Virus record (IMG/VR): IMGVR_UViG_3300009183_000045
Source: a virus
Lineage: Duplodnaviria > Caudoviricetes
Length of the DNA stretch: 64,000 bases
Strand: one strand, 5' to 3'
Positions within the stretch are counted from its first letter, which is position 1, and every line of letters starts with the position of its first letter. Below, piece after piece: positions 1 through 9,353 of this stretch. Both the position numbers and the translations under genes were made by a program. Under the pieces are notes generated by a model. The model saw only the letters and a program-made list of their open reading frames with translations, was not told the DNA's origin and did no database searches.

Positions 1-87
1 AGCATTTAAAACACAGCTTTCCGTCAATCGGTTTACTGGTTTAAGTAATTTCTCTAGATAACTTTTAGGAAGAGGAATAAATGCCAT
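1..87 (-). CDS. Partial CDS running off the left edge (MAFIPLPKSYLEKLLKPVNRLTESCVLNA...), possibly a sliding clamp (gp45/PCNA-like)
   Basis: ATG at 87 overlaps the TAA of the 87..584 ORF (TAATG coupling) and the frame is open to base 1. Clamp identity is a weak guess from replication context. Confidence 0.5.
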   Translation of the reverse strand, partial: MAFIPLPKSYLEKLLKPVNRLTESCVLNA

Positions 88-584
88 TATTTGGAGTTGT
101 TAGTTTTTTCTTTATCCATAATAAAATTGAAGACTTTACCCATCATGCCTGCAATTTTACTGAATGTACCGTCTATTTTCAATAAAGTGGCTTTAATAGA
201 TTTAATATCTTCTAAAAGTTCTGCTGTATTGACATTTGCTACTGGAATAACCGGGTCACGGGTGGTGACAAAAGGAAGTGGAGTAAACGTGCCACTTCCG
301 CTGGGGGGACCCGTTATAACCGGAGAATTTTCAATTATATTAATGGACACATCAGGTGCCATTGACTGAACTAATGCCTCAGGAACATATCCTCTATTAG
401 CTGGATCAAAGGGATTAGCCACAGGTGCTGGTCCACCTTTCAAGGGAGCCAAGAAATTGTTGATATCAATTCGATTAGCTGCCTGAGATCTATCAGATGT
501 AATACTATCTACATGTTTAAGATGACCGCCGACCATGCCGGCTAGCATGGCGGCGTCTCTATCAAACTCTTTTTCAGATATCAT
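87..584 (-). CDS. Hypothetical protein, 165 aa, Pro-rich middle and coiled-coil C-terminus
   Basis: Tiles tightly between folE2 and the downstream gene; no family recognised. Confidence 0.7.
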   Translation of the reverse strand: MISEKEFDRDAAMLAGMVGGHLKHVDSITSDRSQAANRIDINNFLAPLKGGPAPVANPFDPANRGYVPEALVQSMAPDVSINIIENSPVITGPPSGSGTFTPLPFVTTRDPVIPVANVNTAELLEDIKSIKATLLKIDGTFSKIAGMMGKVFNFIMDKEKTNNSK

Positions 585-587
585 AAA

Positions 588-1436
588 TTACTTTAAATCC
601 CTGCCTGCGTTAATAACAGAAACCGCGATGCTAGAATGAATACTCTCATAATGATTGACAATTACGAGGTAATCCTTGATACGACCATCAAGATCTTTAT
701 CCAATTCAACTGCAACTTTACGAACCATGTCTTCAACAAACACCGGATTTTCATACATTAATTCAGTTTGATAGGCTTCATCAACTCTCTTAAGAGCATT
801 TACAATAGGAGCAGAAGAACTCTTTTCAACTGCAAGAATCAATTCTTCCAGCCAATAAATATTATCCTGATTAGCTGTGCCAACATTAGCCAATTCTACA
901 GTCACATCTGCATAAGACTGCTGATTATGTGCACCATAATCAGAAATTTCCTTAGAACAAGGACACAGGGAAGCGTAAAGAACATTTCCGTGGAGATAAA
1001 ATTTCTTTTCCCCATTAATCAGGCGACCTTCAAGTGATCCTTGATAATCCATATGAGAAACCACCTTGGAAACTGGTGCTTCTTTCTTCAAGAAATAATC
1101 AAATTTGATTTTAATGTAAGCATTTTCACTCTTCAGGCGAAGCTTACATTCATCCAGCAGGATATTCATCACTTCATCAATGCGATGAGTTTGATTGGCC
1201 AATACTTCTTCTACCAAAATACGGTAGCGACTCATATTTGTGCCTTTAACCTCTGGAGTGAGGTCTGTATACATGCTGATAATTGCTTTGGTGGGATTAA
1301 TGGTTCCATCTCGGCGAAGAATCTGCATAGGGACTACAATATTGCGAGATCCAACCTTTGGAATATATTTCTTAGGAAATCCGTCGACGGTGTTTTGGAT
1401 GTCTGGAATGTCGTTATTTGTTTTGATACGTGGCAT
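588..1436 (-). CDS. folE2: GTP cyclohydrolase I type B (FolE2/MptA family), about 282 aa
   Basis: Motifs IPDIQ, KGTNMSR, SLCPCSKEIS..GAHNQ, NPVFVEDMVR, HYESIH. Start moved to MPRIK (ATG 1436) because the longer ORF overlaps gp32. Confidence 0.92.
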   Translation of the reverse strand: MPRIKTNNDIPDIQNTVDGFPKKYIPKVGSRNIVVPMQILRRDGTINPTKAIISMYTDLTPEVKGTNMSRYRILVEEVLANQTHRIDEVMNILLDECKLRLKSENAYIKIKFDYFLKKEAPVSKVVSHMDYQGSLEGRLINGEKKFYLHGNVLYASLCPCSKEISDYGAHNQQSYADVTVELANVGTANQDNIYWLEELILAVEKSSSAPIVNALKRVDEAYQTELMYENPVFVEDMVRKVAVELDKDLDGRIKDYLVIVNHYESIHSSIAVSVINAGRDLK

Positions 1437-1494
1437 AATGTTGTTTTGTTTGTTGTTATTATTATAGTGGGTTGAGATTTTTTTTCTCCAAGAA

Positions 1495-2376
1495 TTAAAG
1501 GTCTTTGAGAATGTCTTTAATGCGGCTATCGACAGGAATTTCATCTTCATCTTCTGTAGAACGAGCGGGTTTTTCTGTAACTGATTGTGTCTTACTGGGT
1601 GTATAAGAAGGTGTATAAGAAGGTTCATCTTCCTCTGGTACTTCTGGAGTCTTTGTAGCAACTACTGCTTCTGTTTGTCCAAGAAAATGAATATTCAAAG
1701 CTTTTGAAACTTCTTCATAGCTCTTGTGTTCAAAAATGGTGTCCAAAGACTTAACAGAATTGTAAATTACATCTGTATCTGGATCTCCCTCAAGAGCTGA
1801 CGGACCAGTAAATTTAGAGGCAACATATGTAGGATAACCCCCTTCGTTGGTTTCTACCTTAATACGAAGATTGCATCCCTTTTCTGATAGATCAAAAATC
1901 TTTGCTCCCAAATCTTCTGCGTCATCTCCTGAAATTGCTGACGTAATAATCTTGTCCAGCTGTTTGCCGAATCGAAGAATCTTTACCTGACCCTGATTTT
2001 CGGGATTGGTTGGATCCTTGATGACGTATACATTGGCTAACCAGTTTTCATTGCGCTTGATGGGCTTAATGCGTTCAATTTCATTCTTGTCCTGGGTGCG
2101 ATAAATCTTGGAACGACATTCATCAATGGCACAGCGCTCTCCGTAAGTGGAAGGACATAGGCAAGATACCAATTCATTGGTAATAACACTATTCCACAAG
2201 TGGTGGTAATAGTGGAACATGGTGCGCTCGGGATTGGCTAGATTTGGAATAAGACGAACTAGATAAGTCTTACCAATTTCCAATTTCATAAAATCTTTAA
2301 AACTTCCTCCCTCTCCTGAGGATTTTTTAGTAAGGGCTTCTTTGATGGATTCGAATAGGTTGGCTGTGTATTTCAT
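1495..2376 (-). CDS. T4 gp32-like single-stranded DNA-binding protein
   Basis: VRLIP, H..W, C..T.GE.C..C zinc site, WLANVYVIKDP.NPEN.GQVKILRFGKQL, acidic tail. Confidence 0.92.
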   Translation of the reverse strand: MKYTANLFESIKEALTKKSSGEGGSFKDFMKLEIGKTYLVRLIPNLANPERTMFHYYHHLWNSVITNELVSCLCPSTYGERCAIDECRSKIYRTQDKNEIERIKPIKRNENWLANVYVIKDPTNPENQGQVKILRFGKQLDKIITSAISGDDAEDLGAKIFDLSEKGCNLRIKVETNEGGYPTYVASKFTGPSALEGDPDTDVIYNSVKSLDTIFEHKSYEEVSKALNIHFLGQTEAVVATKTPEVPEEDEPSYTPSYTPSKTQSVTEKPARSTEDEDEIPVDSRIKDILKDL

Positions 2377-2379
2377 AGG

Positions 2380-3069
2380 TTAGTTTGTGTTTGTATGGTT
2401 TGTATTAGTGATAATAATAGGTTGTTTGGAGGGGAGTTTCAACATTTCTTTTAAAAAAAGCTGAATTTTTTTAGTTCCTTCTTTGACCAAAGTTTTGGTC
2501 TTGAAAGAAAGGTGGTAGCGGTTACGAAACGCGAAAAAATGATCTACTAAATTAGAATCCCACACAACATTTTCAGTGTGTTCGTGTAGTCTTGAAAATT
2601 CTAAAAGTTCCATCAAGCAATAAGGATTTATTTGATGGGTTCTGTAATGTTCTAACCAAGCCGGTCCGTTTCCGTCTTTAAAAGAAATATAAGAATCTAA
2701 TTCAATTCGGTTTTTCAAACAAAAATGGGTTATAAATTCTAATCCTGCTTTAATTGCGTCAATCTGTTTTTCTGGTGATTGATTTATTCGTTGTTTTAAA
2801 ACTAAGGAATAATTTTTAATAGCTGCTCTGCCTATAAAAAATTTCAAAGGAGGAGTTTCTTCATCAGGATGTAATTCTTTCGCGGCTCCAAAAAAATCTT
2901 CTAATTTAATATAATTAAATTTTAGGAAAAATTGAGACAATTTTTGGAGATAAAGAACCGTAGAACTAGAAATATCTGAAAAATCTTTGCGAGGTTTCCA
3001 AGGACCACCGTTACGAAAATGTTTGAGGTGGCAATTATAGATTTGTTGTTCTAGAGAGGTAAGGTTCAA
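2380..3069 (-). CDS. Probable gp59-like helicase loader
   Basis: Directly upstream of gp32 as in T4; similar size (229 aa); weak KPRKDF...QKLS similarity. Confidence 0.5.
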   Translation of the reverse strand: MNLTSLEQQIYNCHLKHFRNGGPWKPRKDFSDISSSTVLYLQKLSQFFLKFNYIKLEDFFGAAKELHPDEETPPLKFFIGRAAIKNYSLVLKQRINQSPEKQIDAIKAGLEFITHFCLKNRIELDSYISFKDGNGPAWLEHYRTHQINPYCLMELLEFSRLHEHTENVVWDSNLVDHFFAFRNRYHLSFKTKTLVKEGTKKIQLFLKEMLKLPSKQPIIITNTNHTNTN

Positions 3070-3374
3070 GGTTCTGATTTAGTTTGTTGTTTTTGCTTAA
3101 ATCTAAAAATTTTCTTGTATATATTGGGTGTCAGACTTAGGTATGTTTTGATTATAGTCTGTAAATTGTGATCTCCAAGCAATTCAAAATATATTTTTTG
3201 AGTCTTTTTGTCCTCTATTAATATTTTTAGAAAATTTAAGAAATTTAATTTTTTGCCTCTTGCTATACAAACAAAGGACCCAAATTTTAAAGTTATGTTT
3301 TCAAATTCCGTCAAATCTGACATCTCAGACGGATTCATCAAATCTTCTATTTGTTGAGAGGATGTTATAATCAT
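3066..3374 (-). CDS. Hypothetical protein, 102 aa
   Basis: ATGA overlap with the next gene; no motif recognised. Confidence 0.65.
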   Translation of the reverse strand: MIITSSQQIEDLMNPSEMSDLTEFENITLKFGSFVCIARGKKLNFLNFLKILIEDKKTQKIYFELLGDHNLQTIIKTYLSLTPNIYKKIFRFKQKQQTKSEP

Positions 3375-3377
3375 TGA

Positions 3378-4274
3378 TTATCTATTTACAGGCTGTAGGT
3401 TTTTTGTAACCTCCATGAAGAGAGGAGTTATTATACCACCTCCAGCATGAAGATGGCCACCCCCTTCACATATTTTTTCAGCAAAGACTCCTACATTTAT
3501 AGGATCTTCTTTGGTGTATTGTCTAATGCTGACTTTTTCGGTTTTGCTATTGATAAAAAAGAACACATCTGGTCGATGTCTTTGCATAAGAATATCATTA
3601 GAGACACTAGAAAAGTTTTCGGCCATAATTGCTAAAGTTTTTTTCTTTTTGGTTCCAAAATTAATATATCCCTCAAATAAAGGCAATTTGTTAGCAATTT
3701 CTTCTCCTTCTTTTTTGATAAAATTAATGGCTCTTTTTTGTCCATTACTAAATCCTCGAAAACCATTGAAATAATCTTTGATAAATTTTGTAAAATTGTT
3801 TCTATATTCTGACCAAAATAATATATTTAAATCATAAGATTCGGGAATTTCAAGACGATAACAATCATAATCATCAGCTAATGCTATAAGCATCTTTTGA
3901 TCATTTGTTCTTGTTGGAAATTTATCTCCTTTAAATATCTGGGCCATAAGGAGAGCATTGGATGAAATATTTTTGTGTATAATTTTTGCCTTTAAAAATC
4001 TTGGTATAAAATCTATAGAAGTATCGTGATGATCTATAAATGTTATATAGCTCTTATCTAATTCAGGAAGAAATTCTTCACGAAGAGATAAATCCAACAC
4101 AAATGTTTGACAGGGTTTATTAACTTTTTCTAAAGATTTTTTAATATGATCTATCTGTAAATTATTTACACTGTCGTATGTAATGGTGTCTTCTGGTAAA
4201 GCCCACAGTAATGTCAGTAAACTTACAGCTCCGTCAAGATCATTGTGGGTATATGCGTGATAACAATTAGACAT
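3378..4274 (-). CDS. DHH/DHHA1 phosphoesterase (RecJ/NrnA superfamily)
   Basis: HNDLDG, DLS, DHH and C-terminal GGGH motifs. Confidence 0.9.
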   Translation of the reverse strand: MSNCYHAYTHNDLDGAVSLLTLLWALPEDTITYDSVNNLQIDHIKKSLEKVNKPCQTFVLDLSLREEFLPELDKSYITFIDHHDTSIDFIPRFLKAKIIHKNISSNALLMAQIFKGDKFPTRTNDQKMLIALADDYDCYRLEIPESYDLNILFWSEYRNNFTKFIKDYFNGFRGFSNGQKRAINFIKKEGEEIANKLPLFEGYINFGTKKKKTLAIMAENFSSVSNDILMQRHRPDVFFFINSKTEKVSIRQYTKEDPINVGVFAEKICEGGGHLHAGGGIITPLFMEVTKNLQPVNR

Positions 4275-4303
4275 AAAAATAATTAAGGAATACTATATTA
4301 TAA

Positions 4304-5686
4304 TCACTCTTCATCCAAAGATTCAATTATTCTTATAGTGTCTGATACACTATTAATGTTGCTAGAAGAACCAGGCAAATTCTTTTTAGGAACTGTAAAG
4401 GATTTAGACACATCATCCGGATCCTTTAACGATAAAGTTGGATAGTCTATTTCTAATATGGTGTGACACTCTCGAGGGCCAAATCGATTCTTGGTGATGC
4501 CTAAATGAATAATTCCTAATTCAAAATCTTCTTCTTCTGTCCAGATAGGAAACTGACAATCAGCGGTGTGGGATAGACCCATGGATTCACTAGTGGTCTC
4601 AAGACCTGGATTAGATTCATTATAAGCTGATCTATTTGTCTGGGTTGCTGTGATGAGGGGGCAGCTAAAATAATAAGTTAGAGCCCTAATTTGTTCTGTG
4701 ATCTGCTTAATAGATTCATAGGAATTCATCCCCTTTTCTGGCGGTGCTAATAGATTAAGATAGTCCAAAACTATGATATCCGGCTTAATTCCCTTCCTCA
4801 CCAACCGATCAATGTAGGATTTAATTTGAAGAGGAGTGACTGATTTAGGAGGAAATTCTTTAATAATTAATTTAGACATCTTGTGTTGAATTTTATACTT
4901 TTCAACACTTTGTTTGAGAGGACCTATCTGCATGGACAGATCATTCATTGCTATTTTAGATAACTGAGAACTAATGCGCTTGGCGTATACCTGCTCAGAC
5001 ATTTCCAAAGAAATTAATAAAACAGTTTTATCTTGATCTAAAATATTTGTGGCTATATTTCCGAGAAAAATTGATTTACCCACATTAGTAACTCCATAAA
5101 ATACATACAAGGCCCTTCCGGCCGACATGAAGCCCCCACCAATTCTTTCATCCAACCATTTCCATCCTGAGGGAATTACTTTAAACACCTTCTGGAGGTC
5201 CTTACAGTGCTCATCTATGTCTTCTAGATAATCAAAGCCGTAATTTTCTACAAGGTTTATGTTACACGCTTCATCAAAGTCTTGTAATATTTTGGTGGTG
5301 TTTATTTCTCCGGACTGAACATCTATAGAAGTTTTCAATACTGTACTATAAACTGCCTTTTCTCTGAAAAACCTCTCAGAATTCTTCAACAATACATCCT
5401 TATCATAGGATTTATCTATAACCTCAAATCCCAAAGCTACCTGCTTCAAAGAATTGCGTTTTTCATTATCCACCATGTGGACCTTTAATTCAGTAATGTT
5501 GGGTATTTTGTGATAATTTGAGTAATATTCTGCCAAGGATTCAAAAACTGATCTAATGTTTTTGTCCTCAAAATAACTAGGTTTGGCATGTTCAATAATA
5601 CTTTCCAGGTAAACTGGATCCATCAAAGCGTTGTATATAATGAGCTTCTCAAATAGAGCAAGATCAATCGGCAAAGAAGACTTCAT
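4304..5686 (-). CDS. gp41 replicative DnaB-like helicase
   Basis: IPSGWKWLD, Walker A-like GVTNVGKS, ISLEMSE, IVLDYLNL, TATQTNR, SESMGL, KNRFG. Confidence 0.95.
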   Translation of the reverse strand: MKSSLPIDLALFEKLIIYNALMDPVYLESIIEHAKPSYFEDKNIRSVFESLAEYYSNYHKIPNITELKVHMVDNEKRNSLKQVALGFEVIDKSYDKDVLLKNSERFFREKAVYSTVLKTSIDVQSGEINTTKILQDFDEACNINLVENYGFDYLEDIDEHCKDLQKVFKVIPSGWKWLDERIGGGFMSAGRALYVFYGVTNVGKSIFLGNIATNILDQDKTVLLISLEMSEQVYAKRISSQLSKIAMNDLSMQIGPLKQSVEKYKIQHKMSKLIIKEFPPKSVTPLQIKSYIDRLVRKGIKPDIIVLDYLNLLAPPEKGMNSYESIKQITEQIRALTYYFSCPLITATQTNRSAYNESNPGLETTSESMGLSHTADCQFPIWTEEEDFELGIIHLGITKNRFGPRECHTILEIDYPTLSLKDPDDVSKSFTVPKKNLPGSSSNINSVSDTIRIIESLDEE

Positions 5687-5692
5687 ATAAAA

Positions 5693-5721
5693 AGTATAAA
5701 GGCTATTGACGGGAAGATCAA
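5693..5721 (-). promoter_or_regulatory. Sigma70-type promoter TTGATC-N17-TATACT, 6 nt upstream of the gp41 ATG
   Basis: Read directly on the minus strand. Confidence 0.6.
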
Positions 5722-5730
5722 TAGCCTTTA
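5697..5730 (-). terminator. 13-bp perfect hairpin (TAAAGGCTATTGA / TCAATAGCCTTTA, 8-nt loop) followed by a T-rich tract on the minus strand; likely terminator after queD
   Basis: Inverted repeat at 5697-5709 / 5718-5730. Confidence 0.65.
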
Positions 5731-5751
5731 TTCTTAATCTAAGAGGGAATC

Positions 5752-6183
5752 TTATTGGAAGGTTGCGGAGTTATCTGCATGCTCCCAAACCTCAACTTTG
5801 AACACTCTACATCGAGTTCCATACTTTTGTTTAATGATATTATCTGCTGCGTTAAAACACCATTCTGCTGTCTTTTCAATTCCTACTCCATCCATAATTC
5901 GAAGATCACATCCTTTTAAAATATGCAATTCTTCAAAATATCTTAACAACGGATCATCAGCTGCTACACAAAGAGTGTGGTCAAATTGATCCTGTAAAAC
6001 CTTTTTAAGATCTTTGAGATCTCCAAAATCTACACACCAATTTTTATCATCTAATTCTTTGCATTCAAACCAAAATTTGGCTTTAAGTTGGTAGCCGTGA
6101 ACGTATTGACAATGGGAGTGTTGTGCTCTCCATTGACGAAAAGCACAGCTACCCAATTCAATAATTTTTGTAGATTCAAACAT
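5752..6183 (-). CDS. queD: 6-carboxy-5,6,7,8-tetrahydropterin synthase
   Basis: HSHCQYVHGY, VDFG.LK, FDHTL, E..A, VWEHADNSATF. Confidence 0.92.
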   Translation of the reverse strand: MFESTKIIELGSCAFRQWRAQHSHCQYVHGYQLKAKFWFECKELDDKNWCVDFGDLKDLKKVLQDQFDHTLCVAADDPLLRYFEELHILKGCDLRIMDGVGIEKTAEWCFNAADNIIKQKYGTRCRVFKVEVWEHADNSATFQ

Positions 6184-6188
6184 ATTGT

Positions 6189-7337
6189 TTACTCTTGCTC
6201 TTCTACATCATTATCTGGTTCTAAGACCGGAGAATCAACGGTTTCTTTGCGATATTTGAGTTGTTCTTGTAATTTACTTTCAATCTGTGGAAGAATCTTA
6301 TTCCATATTTCTTCATCAGCTCTCCAAGATTTATAATATCCTAATTTAGTCCCGTCAGCTAATGCAAAAGTGGCTCCGTTTTGAACAACTACACCATACC
6401 CAAGTGCCATTTCAAGAAGACCAGAATACTTGGCCAAACCCGACCTGAAATTGAGATATAATTCTGTTTCAAGAAAAGGAGGAACAATGCGATTCTTAAT
6501 TGTAAGAGCTCTTAAAGTCACACCGTTAACATCTTTTGCCATTGGTATAATTTCATCGGAAGCCTCTCTACTGCCATTGGAACCACCAGAAGCCTTTTCA
6601 TTTTTGACAGCCATCTGCACTAGCACAGAAGACATATACAAAGGACCGGAACCGCCAGACTGTTGCTTCACAACTCCTGGAAACATTTCCGAAGGATTTG
6701 TATAGATGTGATTACTGAATATAATAGGCACATCTGCTTTAGCTGCTTTATGTGTTAACACTCGAAGCATACTCTTGAGTCCCTTGGCTCTAGCTCCCAT
6801 ATCCATGGCTTCTTTGCCTGCAGACACATCATTCATCTCCTTAGTAGAAACTAAATTTCCTAGAGAGTCAATAGATATAATAAATTGACTCTTAAGTTTT
6901 TTTTCAATGACAGAATCAAGAAATTGACTAATCTGATTACGACACTGTTCAACTGTTTCAACCGGACAATATTTAACTCTAGAAGGATCTATACCCATGT
7001 TTGATGCAGATTGAGCATCTACTGCATTCTCTGTATCAAAGATAACAACATAGCGACCCGCTTTTTGAGCTTCTGCTAGAATTTTATTAATAACATAAGT
7101 CTTACCACAACTAGTAGGACCACTAAATCCAGTAATACGACCACTAGGAATTCCTTTATACAAAGAACCCCCTACAATGGCATTCAAAGCCATAGACCCT
7201 GTATCAATAAAACTACTAACATTAGACAATGTATTATTATCTAAAAAAGAAGCTTCTGGATTTAATCCATCTAAAACTTTAAAGGCAGATAACACATCTG
7301 CAGGATAATCTTTTTTTGCCATATTTTTATTCATCAA
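6189..7337 (-). CDS. uvsX: UvsX RecA-like recombinase
   Basis: IDTGSMALN, GRITGFSGPTSCGKT, FDTENA, IDSLGNL, QSGGSG. Confidence 0.93.
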   Translation of the reverse strand: MMNKNMAKKDYPADVLSAFKVLDGLNPEASFLDNNTLSNVSSFIDTGSMALNAIVGGSLYKGIPSGRITGFSGPTSCGKTYVINKILAEAQKAGRYVVIFDTENAVDAQSASNMGIDPSRVKYCPVETVEQCRNQISQFLDSVIEKKLKSQFIISIDSLGNLVSTKEMNDVSAGKEAMDMGARAKGLKSMLRVLTHKAAKADVPIIFSNHIYTNPSEMFPGVVKQQSGGSGPLYMSSVLVQMAVKNEKASGGSNGSREASDEIIPMAKDVNGVTLRALTIKNRIVPPFLETELYLNFRSGLAKYSGLLEMALGYGVVVQNGATFALADGTKLGYYKSWRADEEIWNKILPQIESKLQEQLKYRKETVDSPVLEPDNDVEEQE

Positions 7338-7719
7338 ACAAATTGACTACAGTATTATTTGTTTGCTGATTGGGTGCTGGCTGTTGGTTAACTGTACCTG
7401 GAGGCACAAATAAATTATTCTTATTAAATAATTGAGCATATTGGGCCAATAGACGAAAATCTATAGCAGAAATATTCGAAGTGGTGATCAATTTGTTTTG
7501 GAAAGTAAACTGAACATCATCTGCTTTATCTGCAAGAAATTCTCTAAAGAATAGAGGGTATAATTGTACAGTCATACCACCCTTTTCAGCGGGGACAACA
7601 TTTAAAATAACTGGATTGGTCACCACTGTGACATCTTCAGTTTGAGAGGTTAATTCTCCTAGAATGGTTCTTCCTACTGTATCTAGGAACACTGCGGTTT
7701 TTTTGGTTTCTTCACTCAT
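7327..7719 (-). CDS. Hypothetical protein, possibly Sm/LSm-like beta fold
   Basis: G.TILGEL...V.NP pattern resembles small Sm-like proteins of T4-like phages; weak. Confidence 0.55.
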   Translation of the reverse strand: MSEETKKTAVFLDTVGRTILGELTSQTEDVTVVTNPVILNVVPAEKGGMTVQLYPLFFREFLADKADDVQFTFQNKLITTSNISAIDFRLLAQYAQLFNKNNLFVPPGTVNQQPAPNQQTNNTVVNLFDE

Positions 7720-7731
7720 TGTGTTAATTTA

Positions 7732-8538
7732 TTATATTACTAATATTCCATTTTTCAATGCAAATTCTTCTCTTTTTGGTTCTGTTGTTTCTGGAGATAA
7801 TATATCTTCTAGAGATCCTTCTGGACTAGGATGGGATAGTAAGGTGTTTTTGCGTGGTGTTTCTTTATTTTCTTTTTTAGTGGTAACAACCTCTAGAGCT
7901 TCTGCAATGGCCGGAAATAATTGGTTAAAACTTTCCTTGATAGAATTAGCTATTGTCCTGTGTTCAAGTTGAGTATCTACTTTGCACCTCAAATCAAAAT
8001 AATGGATCCAGGAACGAATGTTTCCGGACATATAAAGAGTTGTTTGTGTGCAAAGAGGTAAAACTTTACGAGCACTTTCTCTTGCTCCTCCTTTGGATAT
8101 TATATATTCATACAGATCAATGCCATCTGTTACATGATCTATTACTCTTTTAATATCTTCCTTGCTTAGTGGTAAAATATCTGTACTAGATTGACGATTT
8201 TTTTCTGCCTGAGCTCTAATATCGAAGGATTCAATTCCGGTTACCATACTGTATCGCTGGCTAAATTCTTGAAAAGCAAAAGACTTGTGTCTAATAATTT
8301 GAGCTGATATGTCCCTGCTAGTTTGAATTTCAACCGTCATTGAAGCTTGCTCAAAGATGGACCAATGGCCGTGTTCTATACAATATTTAATTAATTTTGA
8401 AGCAGATTCTAAGTTTAATTGATTAGATGGATTTGAAACTCTGGCACAATATACAATAAATTCTTCTGCGGTTAAAAATCTTGTATTATCTTCAGATCTT
8501 ATAAAGGGTTGAGTAACTGCTACTACTTTGGTGTACAT
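7732..8538 (-). CDS. thyX: Flavin-dependent thymidylate synthase
   Basis: ARVSNP, HWSIFE, RHKSFAFQEFSQRY, ARE.AR.VLP, TQLEHR. Confidence 0.95.
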   Translation of the reverse strand: MYTKVVAVTQPFIRSEDNTRFLTAEEFIVYCARVSNPSNQLNLESASKLIKYCIEHGHWSIFEQASMTVEIQTSRDISAQIIRHKSFAFQEFSQRYSMVTGIESFDIRAQAEKNRQSSTDILPLSKEDIKRVIDHVTDGIDLYEYIISKGGARESARKVLPLCTQTTLYMSGNIRSWIHYFDLRCKVDTQLEHRTIANSIKESFNQLFPAIAEALEVVTTKKENKETPRKNTLLSHPSPEGSLEDILSPETTEPKREEFALKNGILVI

Positions 8539-9332
8539 ATACCTTTAAATTTTAAAATGTTATGCTTAATAAGTTCTAAATTTGAAGAAGAAATTTCTGT
8601 ATCAAATAACTCTACCATTTTTTGAGGAGATTTGTCTAAAAGAGTTTCAATGTCATCATATGATTTACCAGAAATACCTGCCATAACGGGGTGGGATGTA
8701 TCTATACTATCAATAAAATTATATCTCATTGCTACATAATGACTAAATTCTGTAGGGACACCACATCCTAATAAATGATGTGGTTTATTTTTATTAATAA
8801 TACCCATTCCCACTAAGTGATTTATTAATTTAATGCGACCTACATTAAATCTATAAGCATTTGAATTGACATAATGTTCTTGTGTAGATTCTAGAAAATA
8901 ATCATAACCAAAACTAATTGCTATCTTATCAGCCTTTTCATTCATGAACCGATAACACTTTACAAGTTCTTGTAAAGTTTTGCCTTGCAAGACACCAATC
9001 TTTTTACCTGATAATTGAGACAAATCAAAATTATTTGTAAAAGATTCAAATGAACTAATATTGTGATCACAATCTTGCCATACGTCAGGCACTATATATT
9101 CATCTGGTTGAATTTCTAAAAGCCATTTGTAATATTTTTTTGAATCAAATGCTACACCTAATTCAAAAAGACTGCAATCCATAATAATTTGACGACCACT
9201 AATTTTAGCTTTCTTAAAAAATTCTAAATATGCAGGGTATTGTTCCAGTAGATGAACTAAACAATAATCATAATCTGTCATTGTTTGTATCTCGTCCATA
9301 ATTGACATTGGAGCTTCGTGTGCTATTCTCAT
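8523..9332 (-). CDS. TGT/DpdA-like TIM-barrel base-exchange transglycosylase (candidate DNA 7-deazaguanine insertase)
   Basis: Motifs in TGT order: IIMDCS (DSGG-like), PDV, GVLQG, HLLGCG, SIDTS; co-occurs with folE2/queD/queE/queC. Confidence 0.68.
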   Translation of the reverse strand: MRIAHEAPMSIMDEIQTMTDYDYCLVHLLEQYPAYLEFFKKAKISGRQIIMDCSLFELGVAFDSKKYYKWLLEIQPDEYIVPDVWQDCDHNISSFESFTNNFDLSQLSGKKIGVLQGKTLQELVKCYRFMNEKADKIAISFGYDYFLESTQEHYVNSNAYRFNVGRIKLINHLVGMGIINKNKPHHLLGCGVPTEFSHYVAMRYNFIDSIDTSHPVMAGISGKSYDDIETLLDKSPQKMVELFDTEISSSNLELIKHNILKFKGICTPK

Positions 9333-9353
9333 ATTGTTTTAATAATAACCCGA

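Noticed and set aside
1437-1661. N-terminal extension of FolE2 as listed in the ORF track
   Set aside because: Overlaps the gp32 3' end in another frame and is not FolE2-like
3066-3374. gp33 late co-activator
   Set aside because: Position fits but the sequence lacks recognisable gp33 motifs
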